Shown: positions 28,723 through 37,785, counted from the first letter of the stretch. The stretch: 38,741 nt of DNA from an uncultured Deferribacteres bacterium (GCA_964014485.1 CAXHAT010000063.1:1-38741), one strand, 5' to 3'. Numbers and translations are program-made. The notes: generated by a model from the letters alone, not told the origin.

Positions 28723-30006
28723 ATGAAAAGCTCCAAGCTTCTATTTATCCTAAGAATTTCCGTATGCGCTGCATTCATCTCTGCCGCAGCGCCGTCTGAA
28801 GATTGGCCCAACTGGCGCGGGCCGGACAATAACGGCGTCAGCGATGAGAAAGGCGTGACCGCCACGTGGAGCGCGACGGAAAACGTCAAATGGAGACTGG
28901 CGCTTCCCGGCACGAGCCCGGCAACCCCCGCGATTGCGAAAGACCACATTTTTTTCACATCCCTTGAAGACGGCCAGTTGTACCTGTACGCCGTGAGCAC
29001 AGAAGGCAAACAGCTTTGGAAAAAACATTTGGGAAAAGCCAAGACCAATTTTCGCATCCCTGAGAGCCATTCCGGTTCGCCCTCACCGAACACAGACGGC
29101 AAACATGTGTGGATTTTTACAGGCACGGGAACCTTGGCGTGCTTCGATTTCTCCGGCAATGAAATTTGGAAAATCGACGTTCAGGAAAAATACGGCGCCT
29201 TTCGCATGTACCACGGCATGTCAACTTCAACATTGCTAGACGGTGACCGATTGTATTTGGCGCTTATGCACGACAATGCCCAAGCTGTTATCGCTTTTGA
29301 AGCCAAGACCGGCAAGGAAATCTGGAATCACAAACGCGCCACCAAGGCGGTGATGGAAAACCTCCATTCCTACGCCTCTCCGATCATGTATGAGTACAAC
29401 GACGAAAAATATTTGCTCACTCACGGCTCCGACGTCATCTCCGCGCATTCGCTGAAAGACGGCTCCGAACTTTGGCGCAGCGGCGGTCTGCAATATCCCG
29501 ATAACTACAACAATTTCCTGCGCTTCGTCGCCACGCCGGTGACGAGCAACGGACTCATCATCGCGCCTTCCGCCAAAGCGGGGCCTGTGCTTGCCATCAA
29601 GCCGAAAAAGGGCGCACGCGGCGACATAACCCACGATGAGAGCCAGTTTGTCTGGAAGCTCAACGCGGGTTCGACAGACGTTCCTTCGCCCGTTATTCAC
29701 GATGGCCTCGTTTACATGGTTCGTCACGACGGCATTCTCGTTTGCATTGATGCGGAAAGCGGAGAGGAAGTGTACAAGGAAAGCGTTTATCGCCGCCGTC
29801 ACCGCGCTTCCCCGGTCATTGCGGACGGCAAGCTTTACATGCAAGCGACGGACGGCGTGGTCAACGTCATCAAAACCGGACAAAGGTATGAATTGCTGGC
29901 CACGAACAAAATCGAAGAGCAAATGTACTCGTCGCTCGCCATCGTCGACGGCGTGATTTATCTGCGGACATTCGACGCGCTTTATGCGATTCAAGAAAAC
30001 CAATAA
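28723..30006 (+). CDS. PQQ-like beta-propeller repeat protein (BamB-like family)
   Basis: Signal peptide, DWPNWRGP, repeated A.TGKEIW / DGSELW motifs, ASPVIADGKLY, DGVIYLRT. Confidence 0.88.
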   Translation: MKSSKLLFILRISVCAAFISAAAPSEDWPNWRGPDNNGVSDEKGVTATWSATENVKWRLALPGTSPATPAIAKDHIFFTSLEDGQLYLYAVSTEGKQLWKKHLGKAKTNFRIPESHSGSPSPNTDGKHVWIFTGTGTLACFDFSGNEIWKIDVQEKYGAFRMYHGMSTSTLLDGDRLYLALMHDNAQAVIAFEAKTGKEIWNHKRATKAVMENLHSYASPIMYEYNDEKYLLTHGSDVISAHSLKDGSELWRSGGLQYPDNYNNFLRFVATPVTSNGLIIAPSAKAGPVLAIKPKKGARGDITHDESQFVWKLNAGSTDVPSPVIHDGLVYMVRHDGILVCIDAESGEEVYKESVYRRRHRASPVIADGKLYMQATDGVVNVIKTGQRYELLATNKIEEQMYSSLAIVDGVIYLRTFDALYAIQENQ

Positions 30007-30095
30007 CTGACGTTACGCGTTTCGCTCCAAAACATATCCCCTGCGTCATACCTGCGGAATCGGGTCTGTATTTTAGAGCCGGCGCGTAACATCAG
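30007..30095. mobile_element. MITE-like element copy C
   Basis: Left CTGACGTTACGCG, right CGCGTAACATCAG; flanks CCAATAA (30000-30006) and CTAATAA (30096-30102), 6/7 match. Confidence 0.75.
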
Positions 30096-30125
30096 CTAAT
30101 AAAATTAGCAAAGCTGTTTTTGTAA

Positions 30126-30180
30126 GACAGGATGACAAGATATTAGGGAGAGCTTATCCTGAAAATCCTGTAATCCGGTC
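30126..30180. repeat. Degenerate ACAGGAT.../...ATCCTGT inverted short-repeat element
   Basis: GACAGGATGACAAGAT ... ATCCTGAAAATCCTGTAATCCGGTC. Confidence 0.5.
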
Positions 30181-30320
30181 AAATGTTTCGTCAATTTTCT
30201 GCAACTGATGAAAACGCGGGTTATGGGTTATTGAATGAATTTCAATAATCCACTATTCCAGCACTCTAAACTGTCCAAAAAATTGACGTTCATTACCTGC
30301 TCTTAAACTGTCTGGACTTT

Positions 30321-31100
30321 ATGAGACGTATAGTTCTAAAAATCATCGTCTTACTCGCGACCATCGGCGCGTTCGCATCTAGCGACGCAGCCTTCGCACA
30401 GCTCGGCAACGATGACATTGGGCGTCTCATTGAAGCCGGGGAGATTGAGAAAGCCAAAAACAAACTCAAGAAACGAAGATCCGTCCAAAAGCTGTACTAC
30501 TCCGCACTTCTCGAAGAAAACGCGGAAAGCGCCTTCAAAAGTTATAACGACGTTGTTCTCAAGTACAAAAAATCAAAGTACGCCCCGCTGGCTCTCTACA
30601 AAATCGCACAATATTACGTCGCCAAGAAATACGTTTTCGCCGCTCAAAAACGCCTGGAAGAACTTATGTCAAAATATCCTGAGGCGGAAATTGTCGACCG
30701 AGCGAGGGAACTTCTTGTGCTTTGCCAAAAACAGACGGGCGGGCGAGTAACCGGCATAGAGCCGCATGACGCACGTGGCAAAAAATCAAATTCGTCTCGT
30801 CCCGCCGCCAAACCCAAAGTTGAAATTGTTCAAGAAACCTCACGCAGAAATACCGGCGCAGGCCAAGGCGAATTCCGCGTACAAATTGGCGCCTACCGCA
30901 ATATTGAAAACGCGCAAAGCCAGAAAAAATACTACGCCCTGCTTGGCTATCCCATCGACATCATCAAAGTCGGGGCTGGAAGAACGGCGCTTTACAAAGT
31001 TTATATCGGCAAATTCGCGACGCGCAAAGAGGCCGAACGCTTCGGGCAAGAATTCACCGACCGCTTCAAAATTCAATACCACATCGTCGAAGTTAAATGA
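30321..31100 (+). CDS. Periplasmic TPR + SPOR domain protein
   Basis: Signal peptide; YKKSKYAPLALYKIA and KYPEAE TPR-like segment; C-terminal FRVQIGAY..NA..YKVYIGKF SPOR motif. Confidence 0.85.
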   Translation: MRRIVLKIIVLLATIGAFASSDAAFAQLGNDDIGRLIEAGEIEKAKNKLKKRRSVQKLYYSALLEENAESAFKSYNDVVLKYKKSKYAPLALYKIAQYYVAKKYVFAAQKRLEELMSKYPEAEIVDRARELLVLCQKQTGGRVTGIEPHDARGKKSNSSRPAAKPKVEIVQETSRRNTGAGQGEFRVQIGAYRNIENAQSQKKYYALLGYPIDIIKVGAGRTALYKVYIGKFATRKEAERFGQEFTDRFKIQYHIVEVK

Positions 31101-31137
31101 GCACATCTATCAAGATTGACGAAAAAGCGTCAAGTAA

Positions 31138-31248
31138 TGTCATTCTGAAAAGCCGAAAGGCCGGCGAAGCAAAATCTTTGTTATCGCCCGGCACAAATTA
31201 CGCTCAAAATTCAAAACTTAGGCCCCAGAAGACGTTTTCAGTATGACA
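31138..31248. repeat. TGTCATTCTGA...ATGACA palindromic element, copy 1
   Basis: Terminal IR TGTCATTCTGAAAA / TTTTCAGTATGACA; shares AATCTTTGTTATCGCCCGGCACA with 33727-33817; overlaps the moeA ATG. Confidence 0.8.
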
Positions 31249-32490
31249 ATTCCAAACATCGCAAACAGCCTCATCAGCGTTGATCGCGCCATTGAAATCA
31301 CGCTTGAAAACGTTTCGCGCCTTCCCGCAAATTCAACCCCGCTTGCGGACGCTGTCGGTTGTGTTCTGGCGGAAGAAATTTTTTCGGATTTAGACATGCC
31401 GCCCTTCGACCGCAGCATGATGGACGGCTATGCCTTGCGTGCCGAAGACGTAGCCGAAGCGCCGACTCAACTCAAGACCGTCGGCGAAATTCCTGCGGGC
31501 GTTTTTCCAGACTTTGTGATTCAAAAAGGACAGACTGCGAAAATCATGACTGGCGCGCCGCTGCCGAAAGGCGCCGACGCCGTTCGGCAGGTTGAGTTGA
31601 CGCGCCCTTTGGATGATCCGCAGTTCGTGGAAATTTCTGAGCCTGTTTTTGCAGGGCAAAACGTCGTGCCGCGCGCGGCGGAAATTCAAGTCGGCGCGCA
31701 AGTGCTTTCCCCCGGCGCGTATATTTCTCCAGCCATGATCGGCGTTTTGGCCACCATGGGCAAGACGCAAGTTCAAGTCTATCGCAAACCGGAAATTGCA
31801 ATCCTTTCCACCGGCGATGAGTTGGTTGAGCCTGACAAGAAGCCGTCCAAAGGCAAAATTCGCAATTCGAACAGCTACGTTTTGCAGGCGTTCTGCAACT
31901 CGCTGGGGCTGAAATCCCAACTGCTCGGCATTGCACGGGACGAGAAAAAAGCTATTCGTGAAAAAATCTTGGCCGGGCTGGAAAAAGACGTTTTGCTCAT
32001 CACCGGCGGCGTGTCGATGGGCGACTACGATTTTGTCGACGACGTTTTCGAAGAGCTGGGCTTGAACATTTTTTATGAAAAAGTCGCGATCAAGCCGGGC
32101 AAGCCAACGGTTTTTGCCAAGAATGATGATAAAGTCGTCTTTGGGCTCCCAGGCAATCCCGTCTCCGGCGCGACGGTTTTTGAAATTATCGTCAAGCCTG
32201 CGCTGCGAAAAATGGCGGGGCTAAAAACGTTGCACAATCCGCGCATCAAAGCGACGCTGGCGACGGATTTCCTTAACAAAACCAAGCGCGAGAATTATCA
32301 CCCGTGTCTGACAACCTATGAAAACGGCGCTTTCGTTTGTCAGCCGCTCAAAACGCGTGGCAGCGGCGACGTGCTCGGCTACGGACGCAACAACTCCTAC
32401 TTAAAATGCCCGCAAGACACGCAAAAAATCGCCGCCGGAGATCAGATCGAAGTCATCCTCCGCGACGATTTTTACCTGACGCATTCCTAA
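31243..32490 (+). CDS. moeA: Molybdopterin molybdotransferase MoeA
   Basis: PPFDRSMMDGYA, IMTGAPLP, STGDEL, TGGVSMGDYD, KPGKP, GLPGNPVS. Confidence 0.96.
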   Translation: MTIPNIANSLISVDRAIEITLENVSRLPANSTPLADAVGCVLAEEIFSDLDMPPFDRSMMDGYALRAEDVAEAPTQLKTVGEIPAGVFPDFVIQKGQTAKIMTGAPLPKGADAVRQVELTRPLDDPQFVEISEPVFAGQNVVPRAAEIQVGAQVLSPGAYISPAMIGVLATMGKTQVQVYRKPEIAILSTGDELVEPDKKPSKGKIRNSNSYVLQAFCNSLGLKSQLLGIARDEKKAIREKILAGLEKDVLLITGGVSMGDYDFVDDVFEELGLNIFYEKVAIKPGKPTVFAKNDDKVVFGLPGNPVSGATVFEIIVKPALRKMAGLKTLHNPRIKATLATDFLNKTKRENYHPCLTTYENGAFVCQPLKTRGSGDVLGYGRNNSYLKCPQDTQKIAAGDQIEVILRDDFYLTHS

Positions 32491-32511
32491 CCCGGACAAC
32501 CCTTCCCAAAA

Positions 32512-32530
32512 TGTCATTCTGAAAGAATCT
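32512..32530. repeat. Truncated left arm of the TGTCATTCTGA element
   Basis: TGTCATTCTGAAAGAATCT identical to 33727-33745. Confidence 0.6.
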
Positions 32531-32653
32531 ATTTTGAACACGAGTGAAAAAACGGCCATTTGCGCATCGATTGCGACGAGGAAAAAACGCGGCTTTTCTT
32601 GTCAAGCAACACCGCCGGATTCGCTGTGCTTAACCTTGCCTGCGTCAAAGGCT

Positions 32654-34534
32654 ATGCTTTTCTGTTTTTTCCTGCTTATTCTTGCCACAACCTGCCTCGC
32701 CAATAGTAGCGTCACCCTCGACGTTGTTTATCCCCGAAATCACGCCCGCGTCAACGTGGACAAAGACGTTTTTGTCTACGGCAACGTCCGTCCCTTCAAC
32801 GCCGCCGTTTTTGTACAGGGGAAAAAAGCGCGGAAATACGCGGAAGGCGTTTTTCTCGTGCGCATCCCTGCCAAACCTGGCGCCATGACGGTCAAAATCA
32901 GTGCGATCTCCGGCAAAGACACGACGACGGTTGAGCGTGAAATCTTCGTGCCTGAATTCCGCTTCGAGACGGTTGGGCGAACGGCGCAACTGGACGAAAA
33001 TTTTGCCTTCCCGGCGTACGATTTTTCCGTCCCTCCCGGCGACAAAATTCTTCTGCTCGTGAAAGGAACGCCGCTCAGTCGCGCCACTTTTGAAATCCCC
33101 GGCTTGACCCAGCCGACCGCCATACGTGAATTGCGGCGCCCTCGTAATTTCAAAATGGACGATTTGATTTTTTCTGAAAATCGTCTGCCTGCCTTACCCA
33201 ATGTTCGCGGGATTTACGCCGCTCAACTCACCGTACCGGCGGACAATTCCGGCAAAGACCACGAAATTATTTTCCGCCTGCAAGCCCGCGACGGTACGCA
33301 ACAAACGCTGACAGCGCCCGGACGTTTGAGGGTTCAAAAGCCTGAAGAACGGCCAACTTTTTTCGTGGAGCAGCGCCAAATTTTTCCTGACCACACGCTC
33401 GAAACCGGCGGCCTGCTCGTTCTGCCGGAAAACAGCCGCGTTTTTTCAAATCGTTACGCTGGAGATTTTGTCAGCTTTGGAGATGACGCTCAGGATCAAG
33501 TCTGGATTCCGACGATTGAAACTTTCAGCGACAGCCTGGCTCGGCAGCTCAAACAAACCCGCATTCTCGACGCGCAGGTGCGTTCATACGCTGACTTTGT
33601 GCAAATCAAAATAGCACTCAGCCAAAGAACCGGCTACAAGATTGAGCAAGACGTCAATTCGCTTTCCACCCAAGTCACGCTTCTAAATATAGAACCTGCT
33701 GAGACCTTTGAAAAGGCCCCGCAAATTGTCATTCTGAAAGAATCTTTGTTATCGCCCGGCACAGAACATGCTCAAAGTTCCGGGCGTGGATCAGAAAAAG
33801 ATGCTTACAGCATGACAATTTTAGATTCAATCAAGATTTCGCAGAGCGAAGGCGAGAATACTGTTTTGGATTTGCAATTTTCAGGGAAAAGACTATGGGG
33901 CTACAAAGCATTTTTTGAAGAAACAACGCTGGTGCTGGAATTCCGCCGCGCGCCCCAATTCTCGCCCGATGAGGCCAAGCCGCTAAAGAATCTTATCATT
34001 TGTCTCGACCCTGGGCACGGGCCGGCAACCGGGTCGGTCGGCCCTTCGCGTTTGGCGGAGCGCGACATGACGATGGAGTATAGTTTAACGCTAAAAAAAA
34101 TGCTGGAAGCGCGCGGCGCAACGGTTGTTTTAACGCGGCAAAAAAACACGGGGATCAACATTTACTCCCGCGCGGCGTTGGCGGAATTCATTGACGCGGA
34201 CTTGTTTCTCAGCCTGCATTTTAACGCCCTGCCGGATAACGCCAGCCCGTTTCGCGTGCGCGGCAGCGGGACGTATTTTTACCACGACCAAAGCGCGCCG
34301 CTCGCCGAAGCCGTGCAAAAACAGCTTGGCAGACGCTCCGGCCTGCCGAATTTTGGCGTACGGCGCGGCAATTTCGCCGTTTGCCGCACCACCGCCATGC
34401 CCGCAATTTTGATTGAAACCGCGTTTATCGTGCAACCCCTCGAAGAGCAAAGAATCAAATCCCCGCAATTTCAACAAACCGCCTGCCGCGCCATCGCAGA
34501 CGGCGTGGTCGATTTTATCCGCCAGAGCAGGTAG
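32654..34534 (+). CDS. N-acetylmuramoyl-L-alanine amidase (Amidase_3) with long N-terminal region
   Basis: C-terminal LDPGHG, E, SLHFNA, ILIETAF; start tentatively ATG 32654 before a signal peptide. Confidence 0.9.
   Translation: MLFCFFLLILATTCLANSSVTLDVVYPRNHARVNVDKDVFVYGNVRPFNAAVFVQGKKARKYAEGVFLVRIPAKPGAMTVKISAISGKDTTTVEREIFVPEFRFETVGRTAQLDENFAFPAYDFSVPPGDKILLLVKGTPLSRATFEIPGLTQPTAIRELRRPRNFKMDDLIFSENRLPALPNVRGIYAAQLTVPADNSGKDHEIIFRLQARDGTQQTLTAPGRLRVQKPEERPTFFVEQRQIFPDHTLETGGLLVLPENSRVFSNRYAGDFVSFGDDAQDQVWIPTIETFSDSLARQLKQTRILDAQVRSYADFVQIKIALSQRTGYKIEQDVNSLSTQVTLLNIEPAETFEKAPQIVILKESLLSPGTEHAQSSGRGSEKDAYSMTILDSIKISQSEGENTVLDLQFSGKRLWGYKAFFEETTLVLEFRRAPQFSPDEAKPLKNLIICLDPGHGPATGSVGPSRLAERDMTMEYSLTLKKMLEARGATVVLTRQKNTGINIYSRAALAEFIDADLFLSLHFNALPDNASPFRVRGSGTYFYHDQSAPLAEAVQKQLGRRSGLPNFGVRRGNFAVCRTTAMPAILIETAFIVQPLEEQRIKSPQFQQTACRAIADGVVDFIRQSR
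33728..33820. repeat. TGTCATTCTGA element copy 2, in frame inside the amidase gene
   Basis: AATT-GTCATTCTG...CAGCATGAC-AATT; 93 bp = 31 codons; homologous to 31138-31248. Confidence 0.8.
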
Positions 34535-34563
34535 CGGCACAGCAAGCTGTCCAAAATATTCTT

Positions 34564-36231
34564 CTACTTTTCACCAAACAACGCCCGCGCCTGCGCCAGA
34601 AACGCCTCGATACCTTTCGGCGGCTTGGGCGCGGAGGCCAAGAATTTCCAATCTATGAATCGTAAGATTTTCATTTCATCTGGAATATTACTTTTGATGG
34701 CCTTAAGGATTTCAGTAGCCTCGTCGATGCTTCCTATTCCGAGCAAAGGTACAATTTTGTCAACAAGCTCTTTTTCTAAAATCTCACGCTTTTCTTTTAA
34801 AACATTCTTGAACAATTTTTGGGCTTCCGTCCGACTCCCTTGAACAAACAATATGATTCCAGAATTAATTATAGGCAAAGGTTCATCTGGCGCAAGTGTA
34901 TTAGCTTTCATAAAAGTAGAGAGTGCATCATCATATTTTTTTAACCGTGTCATTTGCCATGCAGCATTGTTATGATACGACCACTTTTCAGGATTAATCT
35001 CTAATAATTTCTGATATGCTCTTAAAGCCTCTTCATACATCTGCAACAGGCACAATCTGTAACCTAAATTATAATAGGCTGAAGAATAGTTTGGATCGAG
35101 TTCAATCGCTTTTCGGTATTTTTCAATCGCTTTTTCATGACGGCCTAAAGCGCCCAGACTCCAACCCCAATTGTGGTACACCTCTGCGTATTTCGGGTCA
35201 AGATCGATTGCTTTTTGGTATTTTTCAATCGTTTCTTCGTGACGGTTCAAAGTACTAAGACTAATACCCCAATTATTAAATATTGCTGCAGATTTCGGAT
35301 CTAACTCGCTTGCTTTTTGATATTTTTCAATTGCTTCTTTATTGTGCCCCAAGGTACCGAGACTAATACCCCAACCATTGCATGCCGCCGCAGATTTTGG
35401 ATCAAGTTCAAGAGTTCGTTGGTATCTTTCGATCGCTTCTTCGTGGCGGCCCAAAGCGCGCAATCGGTTGCCCCAATTGTTGTATGCAGCAGCATTTGTT
35501 GGATCGAGTTCGATCATTTTTCGGTATTTCTCAATCGCTTCTTCATGACGGCCTAAAGCCCCCAGACTCCAGCCCCAATTGTTATAAGCTAGCACATATT
35601 TCGGGTCAAGCTCGATTGCTTTTTGGTATTTCTCAATCGCTTCTTCCAGACGGCCTAATGCGCCTAGACGATTGCCCCAATTCCGATACGCTTTCGCATA
35701 TTTCGGATTGAGTTCGACTGCCTTTTGATATTTTTCTATTGCTTCATTGTGGCGACCCAATTCTCCCAAGCTAATGGCCCAATTGTAATATATCCATGAT
35801 AACATAGGCAAGAGTTGAGATGATTTCTCATAATATGCTGCTGCCAAGAGGTGATTTTTTAATTCGCCTTCGATCAATGCGATGTGAAAATATAAACGGC
35901 CTAAATTTTCTTGTGTCAGAAAATCGGCATTGAGCAAAGACAAAAGCTTGCCTTTTTGTGCTGAGTTCTTTGCGGCATCCCATTTATTGTAACCACGCCA
36001 AAATTCCATCCAATCTTTTGTTGCCGGGCCGATCCTGAAAATGCCTTCTTCACGAATTTCATCGATTTGATAGTAGAGCTTGCTCAAAAAAGCCGGGCGT
36101 TCGAATTGACTTTCCAGTACAAGATTGAGAAACAGATGCAAGCCGTCATCTTCCGAAGCAGCAAAGGCGTAGTAGAGCGCGTCCAGGGTGTACTCTTCCC
36201 AGGATTTCTTTTCAGTTTTGCCGTTGTTCAT
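34564..36231 (-). CDS. Tetratricopeptide repeat protein (about 10-11 TPRs)
   Basis: 34-aa units AYNNWG..L.ALGRHEEAIEKYQKAIELDP; ATG overlaps the upstream TGA. Confidence 0.9.
   Translation of the reverse strand: MNNGKTEKKSWEEYTLDALYYAFAASEDDGLHLFLNLVLESQFERPAFLSKLYYQIDEIREEGIFRIGPATKDWMEFWRGYNKWDAAKNSAQKGKLLSLLNADFLTQENLGRLYFHIALIEGELKNHLLAAAYYEKSSQLLPMLSWIYYNWAISLGELGRHNEAIEKYQKAVELNPKYAKAYRNWGNRLGALGRLEEAIEKYQKAIELDPKYVLAYNNWGWSLGALGRHEEAIEKYRKMIELDPTNAAAYNNWGNRLRALGRHEEAIERYQRTLELDPKSAAACNGWGISLGTLGHNKEAIEKYQKASELDPKSAAIFNNWGISLSTLNRHEETIEKYQKAIDLDPKYAEVYHNWGWSLGALGRHEKAIEKYRKAIELDPNYSSAYYNLGYRLCLLQMYEEALRAYQKLLEINPEKWSYHNNAAWQMTRLKKYDDALSTFMKANTLAPDEPLPIINSGIILFVQGSRTEAQKLFKNVLKEKREILEKELVDKIVPLLGIGSIDEATEILKAIKSNIPDEMKILRFIDWKFLASAPKPPKGIEAFLAQARALFGEK
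35086..35799 (-). repeat. Seven tandem 102-bp TPR-coding repeats
   Basis: DNA-level 102-bp periodicity (CCCCAA.. and TCAATCGCTT recur). Confidence 0.85.
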
Positions 36232-37634
36232 CAGTACGTTCCCCCTTCCGCTTGCTCAGACATACGCTGGGAAAAGTCTCTCATTTCCAGGGAGATTTGA
36301 CGCACCCAGGTCGGGTCTCGCCGCTGTAAATGGCGTAAAATGAAATCGCGCGCTGTTTCGTGCATGGTCCATTCAATGCAATCGATAAAACTGTATTGTT
36401 GCGAGAGTCCGCGCAGCGCTTCTTCCACCTGCGGGAAGGTCATGTCGCTCTTATCAAAAATATAGGCCACCGCCTCCTTGCTGATTTTGCCCTTCCTGCA
36501 GCAGATTGCCAGCTTGTAAACCGTGTCGCGGCTGCGCGCGTCGGCAGCGTTGTCGAGAAACCAGTTGATCGATTGCTCGAGGATGTCGGTCTCCTTTTCG
36601 AGAATGTCCTCGCGAATGGTTTGCAGCGCGTCTTCACTCGTCGTCGCGCGCAAATGATCATTCACCAATCCGACCGCCACCGGGAAACCCAGCGTTTTTT
36701 CAACCATCAGGCGGATGAATGCCTGGTATTGCTCCATTTGCTTTTGCAACAGGTGCATTTTGCCGAGAATCTTGGCGATATCCTTTTCTTCAAAGTTTTT
36801 CAATGTGAAAGCTTGCACGTTGTGGTTTTGTAGTCGAACGCGATAGTCGGCCTGAAATTCTATGCGCCCGCCCTGCACCAAAAGCACGTCGCCGGAGAGC
36901 CGGTTGACAAAGTCGTCGCGCCAGTATTCGTAGAAAGTTTTGTCCGAGCGCGTGTTCGGGGTTGTCGCCAGTTTTTCGAAGCGGTCGACGAAGAGAACGA
37001 GCTTTTGTTTTTTGGCGATGCCGTTGAGAATGGCGGCGAGTTTTTTCGCCTGCTCGCTTTGCAAGTCTTTTAAAAACAGTCGTAATTTCTCTTTCTTGAG
37101 TTTTTTCCTGGCAAATTTGTGCCGCAGTGAAGTAATGCTGTTGGCCAAACCGCCGACCGCCAGCTTCACACTCTTGTCGATGTTTTGCTCGCCGAAGAAT
37201 GCGGCGGCGCCGGGCACGGAGGCGGTTACGGCTTTGCTCGCCAGCGAAGAGATCAGGCCGGCGGCTTCCTGCGCGTTTTCCTGCGTCTTGTGCGCTTCCT
37301 GATCCACCTCGCTTTCCAAATCTTCAACCTGCTCCAGAAATTCGATGTATTTGTCGAAAGCGTCGGTGAAATCGGATTCCAGTTGGGTGTGAATGTCGTT
37401 GAACAGCACTTCCAGGGTCATGTCGGTGCGGTTGCAATCGACGAACAAAGTGTGCGTTTTGCGCTCGTCCTGCGCCGCGATTTTACGGCATTTGTGCATG
37501 AGCCAGGATTTGCCCATGCCGTTGGCGCCGTGAAAAACGATCACCGGCGGGCGGTCTTTGGGAGCGTGCAGGGCATCTAACGCGTCACGGAACGCGGCGA
37601 CTTCCGCATCACGGTTGACGAAGTCATCGTGCAT
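36231..37634 (-). CDS. STAND/AAA_16-like P-loop NTPase
   Basis: FVNRDAE, Walker A GANGMGKS, Walker B LVLFVDRFE, GxP (TLGFPVAV), MHE..R winged-helix motif. Confidence 0.8.
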   Translation of the reverse strand: MHDDFVNRDAEVAAFRDALDALHAPKDRPPVIVFHGANGMGKSWLMHKCRKIAAQDERKTHTLFVDCNRTDMTLEVLFNDIHTQLESDFTDAFDKYIEFLEQVEDLESEVDQEAHKTQENAQEAAGLISSLASKAVTASVPGAAAFFGEQNIDKSVKLAVGGLANSITSLRHKFARKKLKKEKLRLFLKDLQSEQAKKLAAILNGIAKKQKLVLFVDRFEKLATTPNTRSDKTFYEYWRDDFVNRLSGDVLLVQGGRIEFQADYRVRLQNHNVQAFTLKNFEEKDIAKILGKMHLLQKQMEQYQAFIRLMVEKTLGFPVAVGLVNDHLRATTSEDALQTIREDILEKETDILEQSINWFLDNAADARSRDTVYKLAICCRKGKISKEAVAYIFDKSDMTFPQVEEALRGLSQQYSFIDCIEWTMHETARDFILRHLQRRDPTWVRQISLEMRDFSQRMSEQAEGGTY

Positions 37635-37785
37635 ATAAAAATCCCCAACAATTGATCGGGTTTCAGCGGATACGAAATTTTAGACGTATGTCCAATGTAT
37701 TCATTTGATCGCTTTTGGTGGAACTATGCTCTGTAAATGAATACTTTTCTTCAATCAAGACGCAATATAACCGAATCAGACAATA

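Noticed and set aside
28434..30095. Composite transposon of MITE B and MITE C around the beta-propeller gene
   Set aside because: Each element has its own distinct 7-bp duplication and the outer flanks (AATTTCA vs CTAATAA) differ, so they are independent insertions
35086..35799. CRISPR array or DGR template/variable repeat
   Set aside because: Period is 102 bp and in frame for TPRs, with no unique spacers, cas genes or reverse transcriptase
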